Part shown: positions 29,510 to 39,987 of the stretch, in pieces
Numbering within the stretch: position 1 is the stretch's first letter
Layout of the letters: every line of letters begins with the position of its first letter
Origin: Acidobacteriota bacterium
Lineage (GTDB): Bacteria; Acidobacteriota; UBA6911; RPQK01; JAJDTT01
Assembly (NCBI GenBank): GCA_965263035.1
Contig: OZ253580.1
Coordinates: forward strand, 1,792,001-1,856,000
DNA length: 64,000 nucleotides
Direction of reading: 5' to 3'
Program-made: the position numbers and the translations under genes
Notes under the pieces: model-generated
What the model was told of the DNA's origin: nothing
Seen by the model: the letters and a program-made list of their open reading frames with translations, nothing else
The model's database searches: none

Positions 29510-29550
29510 CTCACCGGAATTTTTTCCGGCGCAAAGCGTGGACTCGAGGA

Positions 29551-30312
29551 CTACACGTCCACCCGGACATGTTTCATGGCCTCGTAGGCCGGAGACGCCT
29601 TTCCCTGAAGGTGCAGGAAGGGGTACCGGTAGTCCTCCTCCCCCACCCAACGGGATTCGCCGGTCATGAAGATCACGGTGTAGGCGCGCCGAGAGCGCGG
29701 GCTCCGGTTGGGCTCGCTCCGGTGATAGGTCAGGCAATGGTGGAACCCCACGCTTCCCTTGGTCAGCTCCACCGGAATCTCACCCCCCAGACGGCTCAGA
29801 GCCTCCTGGGTCAGCTTCCAGGTATTCCCGGGCACATCCGTATGCTCGTGATCGAGCAGGCCCACCTTGTGGCTCCCGGGGATCACCGTCAGACATCCGT
29901 TCTCGCGGGTCGCGTCTTCCAACGCGATCCAGGCCGTCAGCATCCGGTAGGGCTCGAAACTCCAGTAGTACATGTCCTGGTGGGGCGGGACCACGCCCCC
30001 TTCCAGCGCCGGCTTGGCAAAGAGTCCGTCCGCGTAGATGTCCAGGTCGGGCCCGAGGATCTGCTCGACGACGGCAGACAATTTGGGATGGGTGGCCACG
30101 GCGCGAAAAACCGGGTCGCGGTGGAGCAGCCCGAAGGCGTTCCGGAGCGCGGAATGATTGGTGGGCTCCCACTTGAGGTCTCCTTGGGGGTAAGGGATAT
30201 CCCGCCTTTCCAGGGCGTCCACCCGGGCCATGAGTTCGTCCATCTCCGCAGGAGTGAAGACGTCCTCCACGATGATATATCCGTTCTCGTCAAAGCAGCG
30301 CTTGAGGTCCAT
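29551..30312 (-). CDS. Phytanoyl-CoA dioxygenase (PhyH) family Fe(II)/2OG dioxygenase
   Basis: FDENGYII, HQD facial motif, WIALEDATRENGCL.VIPGSH, distal H in TYHRS and R in RRAY. Confidence 0.9.
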   Translation of the reverse strand: MDLKRCFDENGYIIVEDVFTPAEMDELMARVDALERRDIPYPQGDLKWEPTNHSALRNAFGLLHRDPVFRAVATHPKLSAVVEQILGPDLDIYADGLFAKPALEGGVVPPHQDMYYWSFEPYRMLTAWIALEDATRENGCLTVIPGSHKVGLLDHEHTDVPGNTWKLTQEALSRLGGEIPVELTKGSVGFHHCLTYHRSEPNRSPRSRRAYTVIFMTGESRWVGEEDYRYPFLHLQGKASPAYEAMKHVRVDV

Positions 30313-30436
30313 GGTTTCTCCCTTTCTCGACCCTCTCGCCCGGTGAGGCACAACAATATAGACGCAGCTCTCATGCGGAGCAAAGCCGCGCTTGAACCTC
30401 GCGGGAAATTCGGCGCCGCCGGAAACGGCGCCGCGG

Positions 30437-31213
30437 TCAAGTGGAGCCCTTGCCGACAGCCGTGAGTCCGTACAGATTCAGAAGCTCGATGAATTCCTGG
30501 CTCTCGCGAATACCGTCGAAGACCCCGTCCGCCGCCAGCCGCTCCTGGTCCGCGAATCCAGCCGCCAACGCCTTCCCCAGATACTTCAGACACTGGGCCT
30601 GGTTCCCCATTTCGGCAAAGAGGCGGGCCAGATTGTAGTTCGTTTCCGAGTCCATTCCCATGGGGTCCGGATAGGTCAAGCGGGATACACTCGTTGTTTT
30701 GAAGATCTCCGGGTCCAGAAGCGCGGCCTGGAGATAAGCTCCGCGAGCTTCCTCGTACCGGCCCCGCATCATCTGGCTGTAACCCAGGTTGACGTGATAG
30801 GACGCCTTCGGATCAAGGGCGATGGCCTTTTCGAAGTAGCCGACCGCCTGCTTGTACTTTCGATTCGAAAGGGCGACGATTCCCAACGTGTTGTAGTCGG
30901 AGGCGTATCCCGGCTGGAGCCGGATGGAGCGCTCCGCCGCCTTCCGTCCCTGCCAATACCTCCCGGTCCGGCAATAGGCGATGGCCAACCGGTTGAAGAT
31001 GGCCTCGTGATACGGATTCAGCGTCGTCGCCTCGACGTATTTCAAGACCGCCAGATGATCCTTGCCCTCATTCATCATCTCGTCGGCCTCACCCATTAGA
31101 CGATAGGCCTCGATCACTTTCTCTTGTGGAACCGGTAACTTCTTGATGCGAGAAAGGCCACAACCGAGGAGCGAACCGGTCAAGACGATGATGGCGGCTC
31201 CCCGAAATCTCAT
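30437..31213 (-). CDS. TPR-repeat lipoprotein
   Basis: Lipobox LLGC, several TPR-like repeats (YNTLG, HVNLG, NYNLA) and a C-terminal cap DGVFDGIR. Confidence 0.8.
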   Translation of the reverse strand: MRFRGAAIIVLTGSLLGCGLSRIKKLPVPQEKVIEAYRLMGEADEMMNEGKDHLAVLKYVEATTLNPYHEAIFNRLAIAYCRTGRYWQGRKAAERSIRLQPGYASDYNTLGIVALSNRKYKQAVGYFEKAIALDPKASYHVNLGYSQMMRGRYEEARGAYLQAALLDPEIFKTTSVSRLTYPDPMGMDSETNYNLARLFAEMGNQAQCLKYLGKALAAGFADQERLAADGVFDGIRESQEFIELLNLYGLTAVGKGST

Positions 31214-31515
31214 GGCACCGACCCCAAAATAGCGGTCCCCATCAAAGAGTAATCGAGTGGCCCGCCTCTCACTCTCGGAAACAACAGCCGCAGAGGCCGA
31301 GCGGGGCCGCCCCGGACCAGACCGCGGCAGGATCAGATTCGATCCCGGGATCGTCGGGGCATTGCTCACTTGCGTCCGAAACCTCCCGGTGCCTCGGAGC
31401 GCGAAATTCGGCGACGGAAACCGTATCCTTGTATGCTTCCGATTATATCGGGAAAGTTCGTTTTCGGGCGCCTGGCCCGAATCCATGGAGCTGCAGGATC
31501 AGGGAGGTCCCAAGT

Positions 31516-33015
31516 ATGACTCTTCGTACGATGTCGGTTGTTCTCATCGGTTTCGTCCTGTCTCTGCAGCCGAGCGCCGGCGCCGGGAAAGAGACGGTCC
31601 TATTCCCGTTCGACGACTACAGCCTGCCCTTCAGCAAGGGCTTGGTGCTAGAACTCGTGCCGGGCCGAAAGAGCACGGTCAATCGGGGCACCGGAGCCGA
31701 TCCCCTGCACCCGAACAAGCCGGTTGTTCCTCCCGGCAAGCCGGGAGATCCGGACCATCCGCGGGTCTACTACTACGGGACCGTCCTGAAAATCGATGGC
31801 GAGTACCGCATGTGGTACACCGGTTGGGACAAGGAAAAGAAGAGACAGGTCCTCTATGCCGTTTCCCAGGACGGGGTCCGCTGGGACAAGCCCAACCTGG
31901 GACTCGTCGAGTACAACGGGAACCGGCGGAACAACCTGGTTCTGTTGGACGGCAAGGGGCCCATGAAGGGAGCCTTCTGCCTGGTCCTCCACGAGCCGGA
32001 CGATCCGGACCCCGGACGGCGCTTCAAGATGGTCCGGGAGGAACACCCCCGGGCCATCATGGCGGCCTACAGTCCCGACGGGCTGCACTGGACCGACTCC
32101 TCCAACAACCCCATCATCAAGAGTAGCGGCCTGGAGACCGGCGGCCTGATTCGATTCAACGGCTTCTACTACCTGAATGGTCAGGGAGGGCCGATCCCCC
32201 ACCCCGTCCCCAAGGCCCGGAACCGAATCATGGTCACATTCGTCTCCCACGACTTCGACCACTGGAGCGACGCGGCCCATCTCAGCTTCCGGAGGGATCC
32301 CATCCCGCCGCGTCCTCTCAACGATTTCGAGATCCATCGCGGCGAACAGGTCCACATGGGGGCCAGCCTCTGGAACCGGGGCAACGTGATCCTTGGTTTC
32401 TACGGCCAGTACCACAATCAGACCAATGACCGGCGCTACTCCACCTGCGACCTGGGCCTGGTGGTGAGCCACGACGCCATCCATTTCAAGGAGCCGATCC
32501 CCGACTTCAAGATCCTGCCCTCCTACGAGGAGCCGGATGGGGCCGAACCGCGGCTGATCCAGGGTCAGGGCTTCGAGAACATCGGCGACCGGACCTTCTT
32601 CTGGTACAGCATCTGGGTCGCGTTCAATCCGGAGGGGCCCACCGGCGTCCGTCTGGCCACTTGGGACCGGGACCGGCTGGGATACTTCAAGGCGGCACCC
32701 CGGACGGAGGGCGCCCATTTCTTCTCCGCGCCGATCCGGTTGGATTCCCGGCGAGCGGAGATCTACGTCAACGCCGGAGGACTGTCCGAGAAGAGCCAAC
32801 TCCGGGTCGAGGTCCTGGACGACCGATTCCAGCCGTTGCCGGGCTACTCCGGCGAGGATTCGATGCCACTCCTGGAATCGGGCCTGCGCCAGCGCGTGAC
32901 CTGGCGCGGCAAGGACCAGCTCGAAGGGGTGGACCGTCCGGTCCGTGTCCGTGTGAACTGGGAAGGGATTTACCCGGAAGATGCTCGCTTGTATGCCGTC
33001 TACGTGGTGGAGTAG
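31516..33015 (+). CDS. Secreted GH32/GH43-like beta-propeller protein
   Basis: GGGAGG RBS, signal peptide, YAVSQDGVRWDKPNLGLVEYNG, YSPDGLHW and terminal RLYAVY. Confidence 0.7.
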   Translation: MTLRTMSVVLIGFVLSLQPSAGAGKETVLFPFDDYSLPFSKGLVLELVPGRKSTVNRGTGADPLHPNKPVVPPGKPGDPDHPRVYYYGTVLKIDGEYRMWYTGWDKEKKRQVLYAVSQDGVRWDKPNLGLVEYNGNRRNNLVLLDGKGPMKGAFCLVLHEPDDPDPGRRFKMVREEHPRAIMAAYSPDGLHWTDSSNNPIIKSSGLETGGLIRFNGFYYLNGQGGPIPHPVPKARNRIMVTFVSHDFDHWSDAAHLSFRRDPIPPRPLNDFEIHRGEQVHMGASLWNRGNVILGFYGQYHNQTNDRRYSTCDLGLVVSHDAIHFKEPIPDFKILPSYEEPDGAEPRLIQGQGFENIGDRTFFWYSIWVAFNPEGPTGVRLATWDRDRLGYFKAAPRTEGAHFFSAPIRLDSRRAEIYVNAGGLSEKSQLRVEVLDDRFQPLPGYSGEDSMPLLESGLRQRVTWRGKDQLEGVDRPVRVRVNWEGIYPEDARLYAVYVVE

Positions 33016-33221
33016 CCAGCGTTTTTCCGGGCGCGGGTTCGATGTCCAGCTACTCTCTCGGGTTGGACCGCCAAGACTCGACTTACATGATCGTTTCAGG
33101 CATTGTGGCGAAGGTTCATCCGCGTTTCCCATTTGGCTGTAGGGGCGCCAAGCCTCCAAATGGAAAAGGACGGACAAACCCTACTGCTGAATAGAGTTAG
33201 AATCTGCCAGGAAGGTCGCCC

Positions 33222-34835
33222 ATGCCCGGAATGATCGTCGCTCCCCAGCCCGTGGCGGTGGAAGAGGGGGCCAAGGTCCTGATGTCGGGCGGCAACGCGA
33301 TCGATGCCGCCGTCACCTGCGCCCTGGTGCAGTCGGTCCTGAGCCTCCACATGTGCGGGATCGGCGGCTACATCATCCCGACCCTCCACCTCGCCGGCGA
33401 TTCCAAGCGGAAGGGACGGGTCCTGGATGCTCCCGCTCTGGCCGGTTCGAAAGCCTCCCCAGCCATGTGGGAAGAGGCGGTCCTGGGACCCAACCCCGAC
33501 GGCTGGGGCTTCTTCCTGAAGGACAAGGTCAACGACCTCGGGTATCAGTCCATCTGCGTCCCCGGAGCGGTCAAGGGATTCGCCGCCATGCTGGAGCGCT
33601 GGGGAACCCTTTCCTGGCGGACGGTCCTGGAGCCCGCGGCCAGAATCGCCCGGGAGGGGTTCGTGGTGGACAAGACACTGGCGGACGGATGGAGGGCGAG
33701 GCCGGCCTATCCTGAAGCCTCCTGTCTGCTGGACTACGTCCAGGGCAACGCCGAGGCGAGCCGGATCTATCTCAACCCGGACGGACTTCCCCGCGAGGTC
33801 GGGGATCGGCTGACCAACCCCGACTACGCCGCAACCCTCGAACACCTGGCCGAACATGGCCCCGAAGATTTCTACCGGGGGGAATTGGCGGAAATCATGG
33901 CCGCCGACCTTGCGGCAAACGGCAGCTTCGTGACCGCAGGAGACCTGGCCGGTTACCGGCTCCGGGATCCTGAGCCGGTCGTGGGCAGCTATCGAGGATA
34001 TCGCGTGGTGAGTTCCCAGCCTCCGCACGGGGGTCCGACCCTGGTGGCCATCCTCAACATCCTGGAGGGCTGGGATCTTCCCAGCCTGGGACACAACTCC
34101 CCGGCCTATATCGAGCGCGTGGCCATGGCCATGAAGGCCGCCTTCGCCGACCGGAGTCTGCACCTGGCCGATCCGGATTTCGTGGAGGTTCCCCTGGACT
34201 GGATGATCTCCAAGGAACGGGCATCCCATTGGCGCCGCACCATCGAGGAGGGCGGAAGCATCAGCGTGGAGCCCATGGCGCCGGAACCTCCCGACACGAC
34301 CCAGGTCAACGTGGTGGACTCTGAGGGAAACTGCGTCTCGCTGACCCACTCCCTGGGAGTCTCGTCCGGAGTGATCACTCCGGGCCTGGGCTTCATGTAC
34401 AACAACTCCATGATCAACTTTCACCCCCTGGCCGGGCATCCCAACTCCATCGCTCCGGGCAAGGGGCGAACCACGGGAATGACTCCGACCCTGGTCTACC
34501 AGGGAGATCGGCCGGTGGTGGTGATCGGCGCGCCCGGGGCGACTCGAATCATCACCTCCGTCCTCCAGGTCCTGGTCAACATCCTGGATTTCGGGATGAG
34601 CGCCAGCGACGCGGTGCTGGCTCCCCGTTTCGACTGCCAGGGTGGCCTGATCCGTTGCCAGGCTCGTATCCCCGAATTCGTTTGCGCCCAGGTCCGCAAG
34701 GATCACCCCATCGAGCGGCTGCCCCTGAGTCACGGGGGGATGGGGCTGGTTCACGCCATTGTCATCGATCCCGAGACCGGACAACTCTCGGGAGGCGCCG
34801 ACGCCGGCAGCGGTGGCATGGCGCTGCTAACATGA
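33222..34835 (+). CDS. ggt: Gamma-glutamyltransferase family protein
   Basis: GGNAIDAAV, VPGAVKG, nucleophile DTTQ, PGKGR and IGAPG. Confidence 0.9.
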   Translation: MPGMIVAPQPVAVEEGAKVLMSGGNAIDAAVTCALVQSVLSLHMCGIGGYIIPTLHLAGDSKRKGRVLDAPALAGSKASPAMWEEAVLGPNPDGWGFFLKDKVNDLGYQSICVPGAVKGFAAMLERWGTLSWRTVLEPAARIAREGFVVDKTLADGWRARPAYPEASCLLDYVQGNAEASRIYLNPDGLPREVGDRLTNPDYAATLEHLAEHGPEDFYRGELAEIMAADLAANGSFVTAGDLAGYRLRDPEPVVGSYRGYRVVSSQPPHGGPTLVAILNILEGWDLPSLGHNSPAYIERVAMAMKAAFADRSLHLADPDFVEVPLDWMISKERASHWRRTIEEGGSISVEPMAPEPPDTTQVNVVDSEGNCVSLTHSLGVSSGVITPGLGFMYNNSMINFHPLAGHPNSIAPGKGRTTGMTPTLVYQGDRPVVVIGAPGATRIITSVLQVLVNILDFGMSASDAVLAPRFDCQGGLIRCQARIPEFVCAQVRKDHPIERLPLSHGGMGLVHAIVIDPETGQLSGGADAGSGGMALLT

Positions 34836-34854
34836 ATTCAGAAGGGATCGACCC

Positions 34855-36651
34855 ATGAGCCAGAACCTGATCGCCCTGCAGAACAAGTTTCTGGGTCACG
34901 GACAGACCGTCTACGACGAGCTCTCGAAGCTCCACGAACGGCAGGGCTACATCGGCGACCAGGACATCGACCGTCTGGCCCGCCAGCACCACCTCCCTCC
35001 CCAGCAGATCCGGGCGACGGCCAAGTTCTATGAGGAACTCTCGCACGACCGGCCGGCCGAAAGGGTCATCAAGGTCTGCAACGGCGAGGCCTGCCGGGTC
35101 GCCGGCTTCGTTTCCTGCGAGGAACAGCTTCTTGAAGCGTGCGCCCTCGACGCTCCCGGGGGCGTCGGCGCCAACGGGGTGCGGCTCGAGCACGTCACCT
35201 GTCTCGGCTATTGCGGCCTGGGTCCCAATGTCATGCTCGACAACGAGCCGGTCAGTCTCGCCGGCGAAGGCGCACTGGAGTCAGTGCTGGAGTACGCCCG
35301 GGCCGGGGCTCCCCATGGACTGACCGAACCCAACAATCCGATCCACATGCCGGATGCCGGTGAACCCTGCATTCTGCTCAGGCGGTTCGATCGGAATGTG
35401 GTGTCTCTGCAAGGCGCCCGTGAGGCCGGAGTCTACAACTCGCTGGAAAAGGCACTCACGGAAATGACCCCCGGGGAGGTGATCGACCAGACCAAAGCGA
35501 GTCGGCTTCGAGGGCGCGGAGGCGCCGGTTTCCCCTCTGGCATCAAGCTGGAAACGGTTTCGCGCGCCCAGTCGGCCGACGGCCGCAAGTTCGTGGTGGT
35601 CAACTGCGACGAAGGGGACGCCGGCTCCTACATCGACAAGGAACTGATGGAGCGAGACCCCCATACTCAATTGGAAGGAGCTCTGCTGGCCGCCTATTCC
35701 TGCGGCGCCCAGGAGGTCATCCTCTACATCCGCTTCGAGTACCCCCGCCTGCTCCGAGTGATGCGCCAAGCCATCGCAGACGCCGAGGGAGCGGGCCTCA
35801 TCGGTTCGAATATTCTGGGAAGCGATTTCTCCTGCCGGGTACGGATCGTCAAGGGTCAGGGGGCGTACATCTGCGGCGAGGAGACCTCACTGCTCAGGTC
35901 CATCGAAGGGGTCCCGGCCATCGTCAGCTTCAAGCCGCCCTTCCCCGCCGAGAAGGGGCTCTACGGCTGCCCCACGGCGGTGAACAACGTCGAGACCCTG
36001 CACAACCTGCCCTGGATCATTGAACACGGCGGTAAAGCCTTTGCCGCCTACGGGCATGGCAACTCCCGAGGCACCAAGCTGGTCAGCCTCAACACCCGGG
36101 TCCGGCGGCCGGGGGTCTACGAGATCGAGTTGGGCGTCACCTTGCGGGAGCTGGTTTTCGATCGGGCCGGCGGGATGGTTCCCGGGGAGGTCTTCAAGGC
36201 GGTCCAGGTGGGAGGGCCCTTGGGAGGCATCCTGCCCGAGAGCAAGCTGGACACGCCCTTGGCGTTCGAGACCATGGCCGAAGCCGGCGGCATTCTGGGG
36301 CACGCCGGAGTGGTCGTCTATTCCCAACGGGACGATCTGGTGGAGATCGGACGGGCCCTGATGGCCTTCTGCGCCGTCGAAAGCTGCGGAAAGTGCTTCC
36401 CCTGCCGCATCGGCGCCGTGCGGGGCACCGAACTGTTCGACCAGTTCCTGGACCCGAACGGCATCGGCGTGACCGACGACAAGCTGCAGTTGCTCTCAGA
36501 ACTGTGCGAGACCATGAAGTACGGCAGCCTCTGCGCCTTGGGCGGGATGATCCCCATTCCCATCGAGAACCTGATGGAGTTCTTTCCCGAAGAGATCGAC
36601 AGGTACCGGAGAGGAAAGAGGAAAGAGGAGAGAGAAAAGAGTCAAGAGTGA
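34855..36651 (+). CDS. NAD-linked formate dehydrogenase diaphorase subunit (NuoE+NuoF / FdsG-FdsB fusion)
   Basis: 2Fe-2S motifs CNGEAC and CLGYC, then LRGRGGAGFP, NCDEGD, GAYICGEETSL and SCGKCFPC...C. Confidence 0.9.
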   Translation: MSQNLIALQNKFLGHGQTVYDELSKLHERQGYIGDQDIDRLARQHHLPPQQIRATAKFYEELSHDRPAERVIKVCNGEACRVAGFVSCEEQLLEACALDAPGGVGANGVRLEHVTCLGYCGLGPNVMLDNEPVSLAGEGALESVLEYARAGAPHGLTEPNNPIHMPDAGEPCILLRRFDRNVVSLQGAREAGVYNSLEKALTEMTPGEVIDQTKASRLRGRGGAGFPSGIKLETVSRAQSADGRKFVVVNCDEGDAGSYIDKELMERDPHTQLEGALLAAYSCGAQEVILYIRFEYPRLLRVMRQAIADAEGAGLIGSNILGSDFSCRVRIVKGQGAYICGEETSLLRSIEGVPAIVSFKPPFPAEKGLYGCPTAVNNVETLHNLPWIIEHGGKAFAAYGHGNSRGTKLVSLNTRVRRPGVYEIELGVTLRELVFDRAGGMVPGEVFKAVQVGGPLGGILPESKLDTPLAFETMAEAGGILGHAGVVVYSQRDDLVEIGRALMAFCAVESCGKCFPCRIGAVRGTELFDQFLDPNGIGVTDDKLQLLSELCETMKYGSLCALGGMIPIPIENLMEFFPEEIDRYRRGKRKEEREKSQE

Positions 36652-36813
36652 AGAAAGGCGCGTAGTTTACGCGTAGCGGGCACCTCAACCGAAAATGATC
36701 TCGTCAGGAATACTGGAGCCAGATTGGTTCGAAGCCCTGTTTCTCCCCTGAATCCGCCGGGGCCCAGCCGGTGAGGGAGCTTTTCTCTTTCCTCATTTTC
36801 TCTTTCCTCCGGT
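36605..36813. repeat. ~210-bp element with purine-rich heptamer (GAGGAAA-type) imperfect inverted arms
   Basis: ACCGGAGAGGAAAGAGGAAAGAGGAGAGAGAAAAG on the left versus CTTTTCTCTTTCCTCATTTTCTCTTTCCTCCGGT on the right. Confidence 0.55.
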
Positions 36814-36895
36814 GGAATTTGGTGTCCCTCAGGTCCGGTCAGGCTTAATTTCATGAAACATAGTAGACTGGCAGGTATCGCATAGGAATTCGCTT

Positions 36896-39715
36896 ATGAG
36901 CCAACAGAACGGGCATGTATCCGCGACCATCGATGGACGATCCGTTAACGTCCCTCGCGGAGCGACCATTCTGGAGGCCATGAAGCCCATTGGGCGCACC
37001 GTTCCCACGCTCTGCTACTCCGATCGAATGGAACCGTTCGGCGCCTGCCGGACCTGCCTGGTGGAGCAGGTGGGAGGCAAACCGGTCGCTTCGTGCCACA
37101 CCCAGGTGCGGGAGGGCGGCGCCTACACCACCCGGTCCCCCCTGCTCACCCGCCTGCGGCGCAACATCACCGAGCTGATCGTTTCGGACCATCCTCTCGA
37201 ATGCCTGGACTGCACCGCCAACGGGCGCTGCGAGCTCCAGTCGCTGGCCCAGGACGTGGGTCTGCGAACCCCTCGCTACGAGAATCCTCGCATCCACACC
37301 CCGTCCATGGACAACACCCATCCCTTCATCAAGCTGGAGATGGACAAGTGCATCGGCTGTGCCCGATGCGTGCGGGCGTGCGACGAGATCCAGGGTTCCT
37401 TCATCCTGGGAATGTCCGGCCGCGGCTATGACGTCCAGGTTATCGCCGGCAACGACACCGGGTTCGAAGAGGCCGACTGCGTCAGCTGCGGCCAGTGCGT
37501 GTTCGAGTGTCCTGTGGCCGCCCTGGAGGAAACCCAGACCCGAGCCCATGGCTTGCCTGACGAGACCGTCACCACGACCTGCAGTTACTGCGGGGTCGGG
37601 TGCTCCCTGAACGTGAACATGAAGGACGGGGAGATCGTCAACATCGAGCCGAATCCCGAAGGGAGCGCGAATCTGGGCCACACCTGCGTCAAAGGCCGGT
37701 TCGCCCACCAGTTCGGCAAAAGCAAGGACCGGCTGCGAGTTCCCCTGATCAAGGACGGCGAGGGCAACTTCCGCGAGGCGTCCTGGGACGAGGCCTTCGG
37801 CCTGATCGCCCGCAACCTGTTGGAGGTCCGGGAACGGTACGGACCGGAAGGCTTCGCCTTCATCAGTTCCTCCCGCTGCACCAACGAAGAGAATTTCCTG
37901 ACCCAGAAGTTTACCCGCACCATCATGCGGACCAACTCCGTGGATAATTGTTCGCGAGTCTGCCACTCCCCGTCGGCCTTCGCTCTGGGGGCCGCGTTGG
38001 GGACGGGGGCGGGAACCAACAGCTTCCAGGACGTGGAGAAGTCGAAGCTGCTCATGATCGTGGGCGCCAACCCCACCGAGGCTCATCCGGTCTTCGGCGC
38101 CCGCATGAAACAGGCCGTCCTCAAGGGCTGCCAGCTCATCGTGCTGGATCCCCGGAACACGGAACTGGCCCGGTGGGCGGACCTCCACCTGCCTCTGACA
38201 CCTGGTTCAAACGTCGCCGTCATCAATGCCATGCAGCATGTCCTCCTGACGGAGAGGCTCATCGACCAGGACTTCATCGACCGGTACAGCGAAGGCTTCG
38301 AGGAACTCAAGGCCGAGTTGGGGTCCTGTACGCCCGAGTGGGCCGGTGAGATCAGTGGAGTGGAACCCGATCTGATCCGGCAAGCGGCCCGGATGTATGC
38401 GGGCAGCGGCGCCAGCCAGATCCTCTGGGGTCTGGGAGTGACCGAAGCCGGACACGGGTCCAATGCCGTATTCGGCATGATCAACATGGCCGTCATGACC
38501 GGAAACATCGGCCGGCCGGGCACCGGAACCTGTCCCATCCGGGGACAGAACAACGTTCAGGGCGCGTCCGACATGGGTGCGCTGCCCAACGTCTTCAGCG
38601 ACTACCGCAAGACCACGGATCCCCAGGCCCGGGCCGAGCACGAGGAGGTCTGGGGATGTCCTGTACCGGACAACACGGGTCTGCGCATTCCCGACATGTT
38701 CGACGCGGCGCACGCGGGGACTCTCAAGGCCATGTACGTGCTGGCCGAAGACATCGCCCAGTCGGACCCGGATACGGCCCATGTGGTGGGGGCTCTGGAA
38801 AAGCTGGACTTCCTGGTGGTCCAGGACATCTTCATGTGTGAGACGGCGAAGTACGCCGACGTCGTGCTGCCCGGCTCCACCTTCCTGGAAAAGAACGGCA
38901 CCTTCACCAACTCCGATCGCCGTATCCAGCCCGTCCGCGAAGTGGCGGCGCCTCCCGGCGAACTCATGGCCGACGGAGACGTGGTCAACACGGTGGCCCG
39001 CCGCATGGGTTTCGACCTCGGTTTCGACGACGGCCCGGGGACCCCCATCGATCCCAGCCGGATCATGGACGAGATCGCCCGGCTCACTCCCAAATGGGGC
39101 GGCGTCCGTTACGACCGGCTCGAGAAGGAGGGGTTCCTCCAGTGGCCCTGCTACGACGAGAACCACCCGGGCACGGAAATCGTCCACGAGGGAGGCGACT
39201 TCCTGCGCGGCAAGGCGAAGTTGACGGTCACGCCGTGGCAGGAGCCAGGCGAGCTGCCCAGCGACGAATTCCCCTTCTATCTGACCACCGGCCGAATGCT
39301 GTTCCACTACAACGTGGGCACGCAGACCCGCCGCACCGCCGTGAGCAAGCTGGACAAGGCCCGGGAAGAGAAGGTCCGGATCCATCCTCGCGACGCCCGC
39401 TCCCTGGGCATCAAAGCGGAAGAAATGGTGGACGTCATTTCCCGGCGGGGACGAGTCCGGGTCAAGGCCGAGATCACCAAGGCCAGCAACGTGGGCACCG
39501 TCTTCATGACCTTCCACTATCCCGAGACCCGCACCAACATCCTGGTGGGAGACGCCAAGGACGAGTTCACCGGTTGTCCCGAGTACAAGGTCAGCGCGGT
39601 TCGGCTGGAGAAGGTGGTCACCGGGATCGAAGAGAGCTTTACCCTGCCCGGCGTGACCATCGAAGGTGAGCCGGTGCCGGTGGATCACCGGGAACTGGCC
39701 CTGGCCAAGGCCTAG
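36896..39715 (+). CDS. fdhF: Formate dehydrogenase alpha subunit (Mo/W-bisPGD, Cys-ligated)
   Basis: N-terminal Fe-S motifs (CRTC, HxxxCxxC, CIGCARC, CVSCGQC, CSYCGVGC), active site CSRVCH, RGQNNVQG and C-terminal LTTGR / PEYK. Confidence 0.93.
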   Translation: MSQQNGHVSATIDGRSVNVPRGATILEAMKPIGRTVPTLCYSDRMEPFGACRTCLVEQVGGKPVASCHTQVREGGAYTTRSPLLTRLRRNITELIVSDHPLECLDCTANGRCELQSLAQDVGLRTPRYENPRIHTPSMDNTHPFIKLEMDKCIGCARCVRACDEIQGSFILGMSGRGYDVQVIAGNDTGFEEADCVSCGQCVFECPVAALEETQTRAHGLPDETVTTTCSYCGVGCSLNVNMKDGEIVNIEPNPEGSANLGHTCVKGRFAHQFGKSKDRLRVPLIKDGEGNFREASWDEAFGLIARNLLEVRERYGPEGFAFISSSRCTNEENFLTQKFTRTIMRTNSVDNCSRVCHSPSAFALGAALGTGAGTNSFQDVEKSKLLMIVGANPTEAHPVFGARMKQAVLKGCQLIVLDPRNTELARWADLHLPLTPGSNVAVINAMQHVLLTERLIDQDFIDRYSEGFEELKAELGSCTPEWAGEISGVEPDLIRQAARMYAGSGASQILWGLGVTEAGHGSNAVFGMINMAVMTGNIGRPGTGTCPIRGQNNVQGASDMGALPNVFSDYRKTTDPQARAEHEEVWGCPVPDNTGLRIPDMFDAAHAGTLKAMYVLAEDIAQSDPDTAHVVGALEKLDFLVVQDIFMCETAKYADVVLPGSTFLEKNGTFTNSDRRIQPVREVAAPPGELMADGDVVNTVARRMGFDLGFDDGPGTPIDPSRIMDEIARLTPKWGGVRYDRLEKEGFLQWPCYDENHPGTEIVHEGGDFLRGKAKLTVTPWQEPGELPSDEFPFYLTTGRMLFHYNVGTQTRRTAVSKLDKAREEKVRIHPRDARSLGIKAEEMVDVISRRGRVRVKAEITKASNVGTVFMTFHYPETRTNILVGDAKDEFTGCPEYKVSAVRLEKVVTGIEESFTLPGVTIEGEPVPVDHRELALAKA

Positions 39716-39734
39716 TTCAAGCTCGGTCCCCGTT

Positions 39735-39954
39735 TCAGTTCGCGGAATCCAGCCCGAAGTGTTTCATCTGCCGGCAGATCTGGTCCCAGGTCTCGCCGTC
39801 CACCTCAATGCCTTCCGTCTCCCGTCTCCGAGCGGTCCGGAATTCCGGCTCGCCGGGGAGCAGGATCTCCTGGAAACCGGGAGCCAGACGGCTGGTTCGG
39901 ATGTGGGCAATCATGGCATCCAGTTCGTCGTAGTAGGTCTCCAGTTCGGTGAAG
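39735..39954 (-). pseudogene. Displaced 3' fragment of the Ldh_2 oxidoreductase gene at 41472
   Basis: 39753-39954 matches 41484-41685 (202 bp, about 9 mismatches by eye). It ends HFGLDSAN* instead of HFGISS*. Confidence 0.85.
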
Positions 39955-39987
39955 GGTGCAGCCCTCCCCGGAAAAGCGGTAAACAAG

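Noticed and set aside
36896-39715. Selenocysteine-containing formate dehydrogenase
   Set aside because: The active-site residue is Cys (TGC in RVCH) and there is no in-frame TGA.
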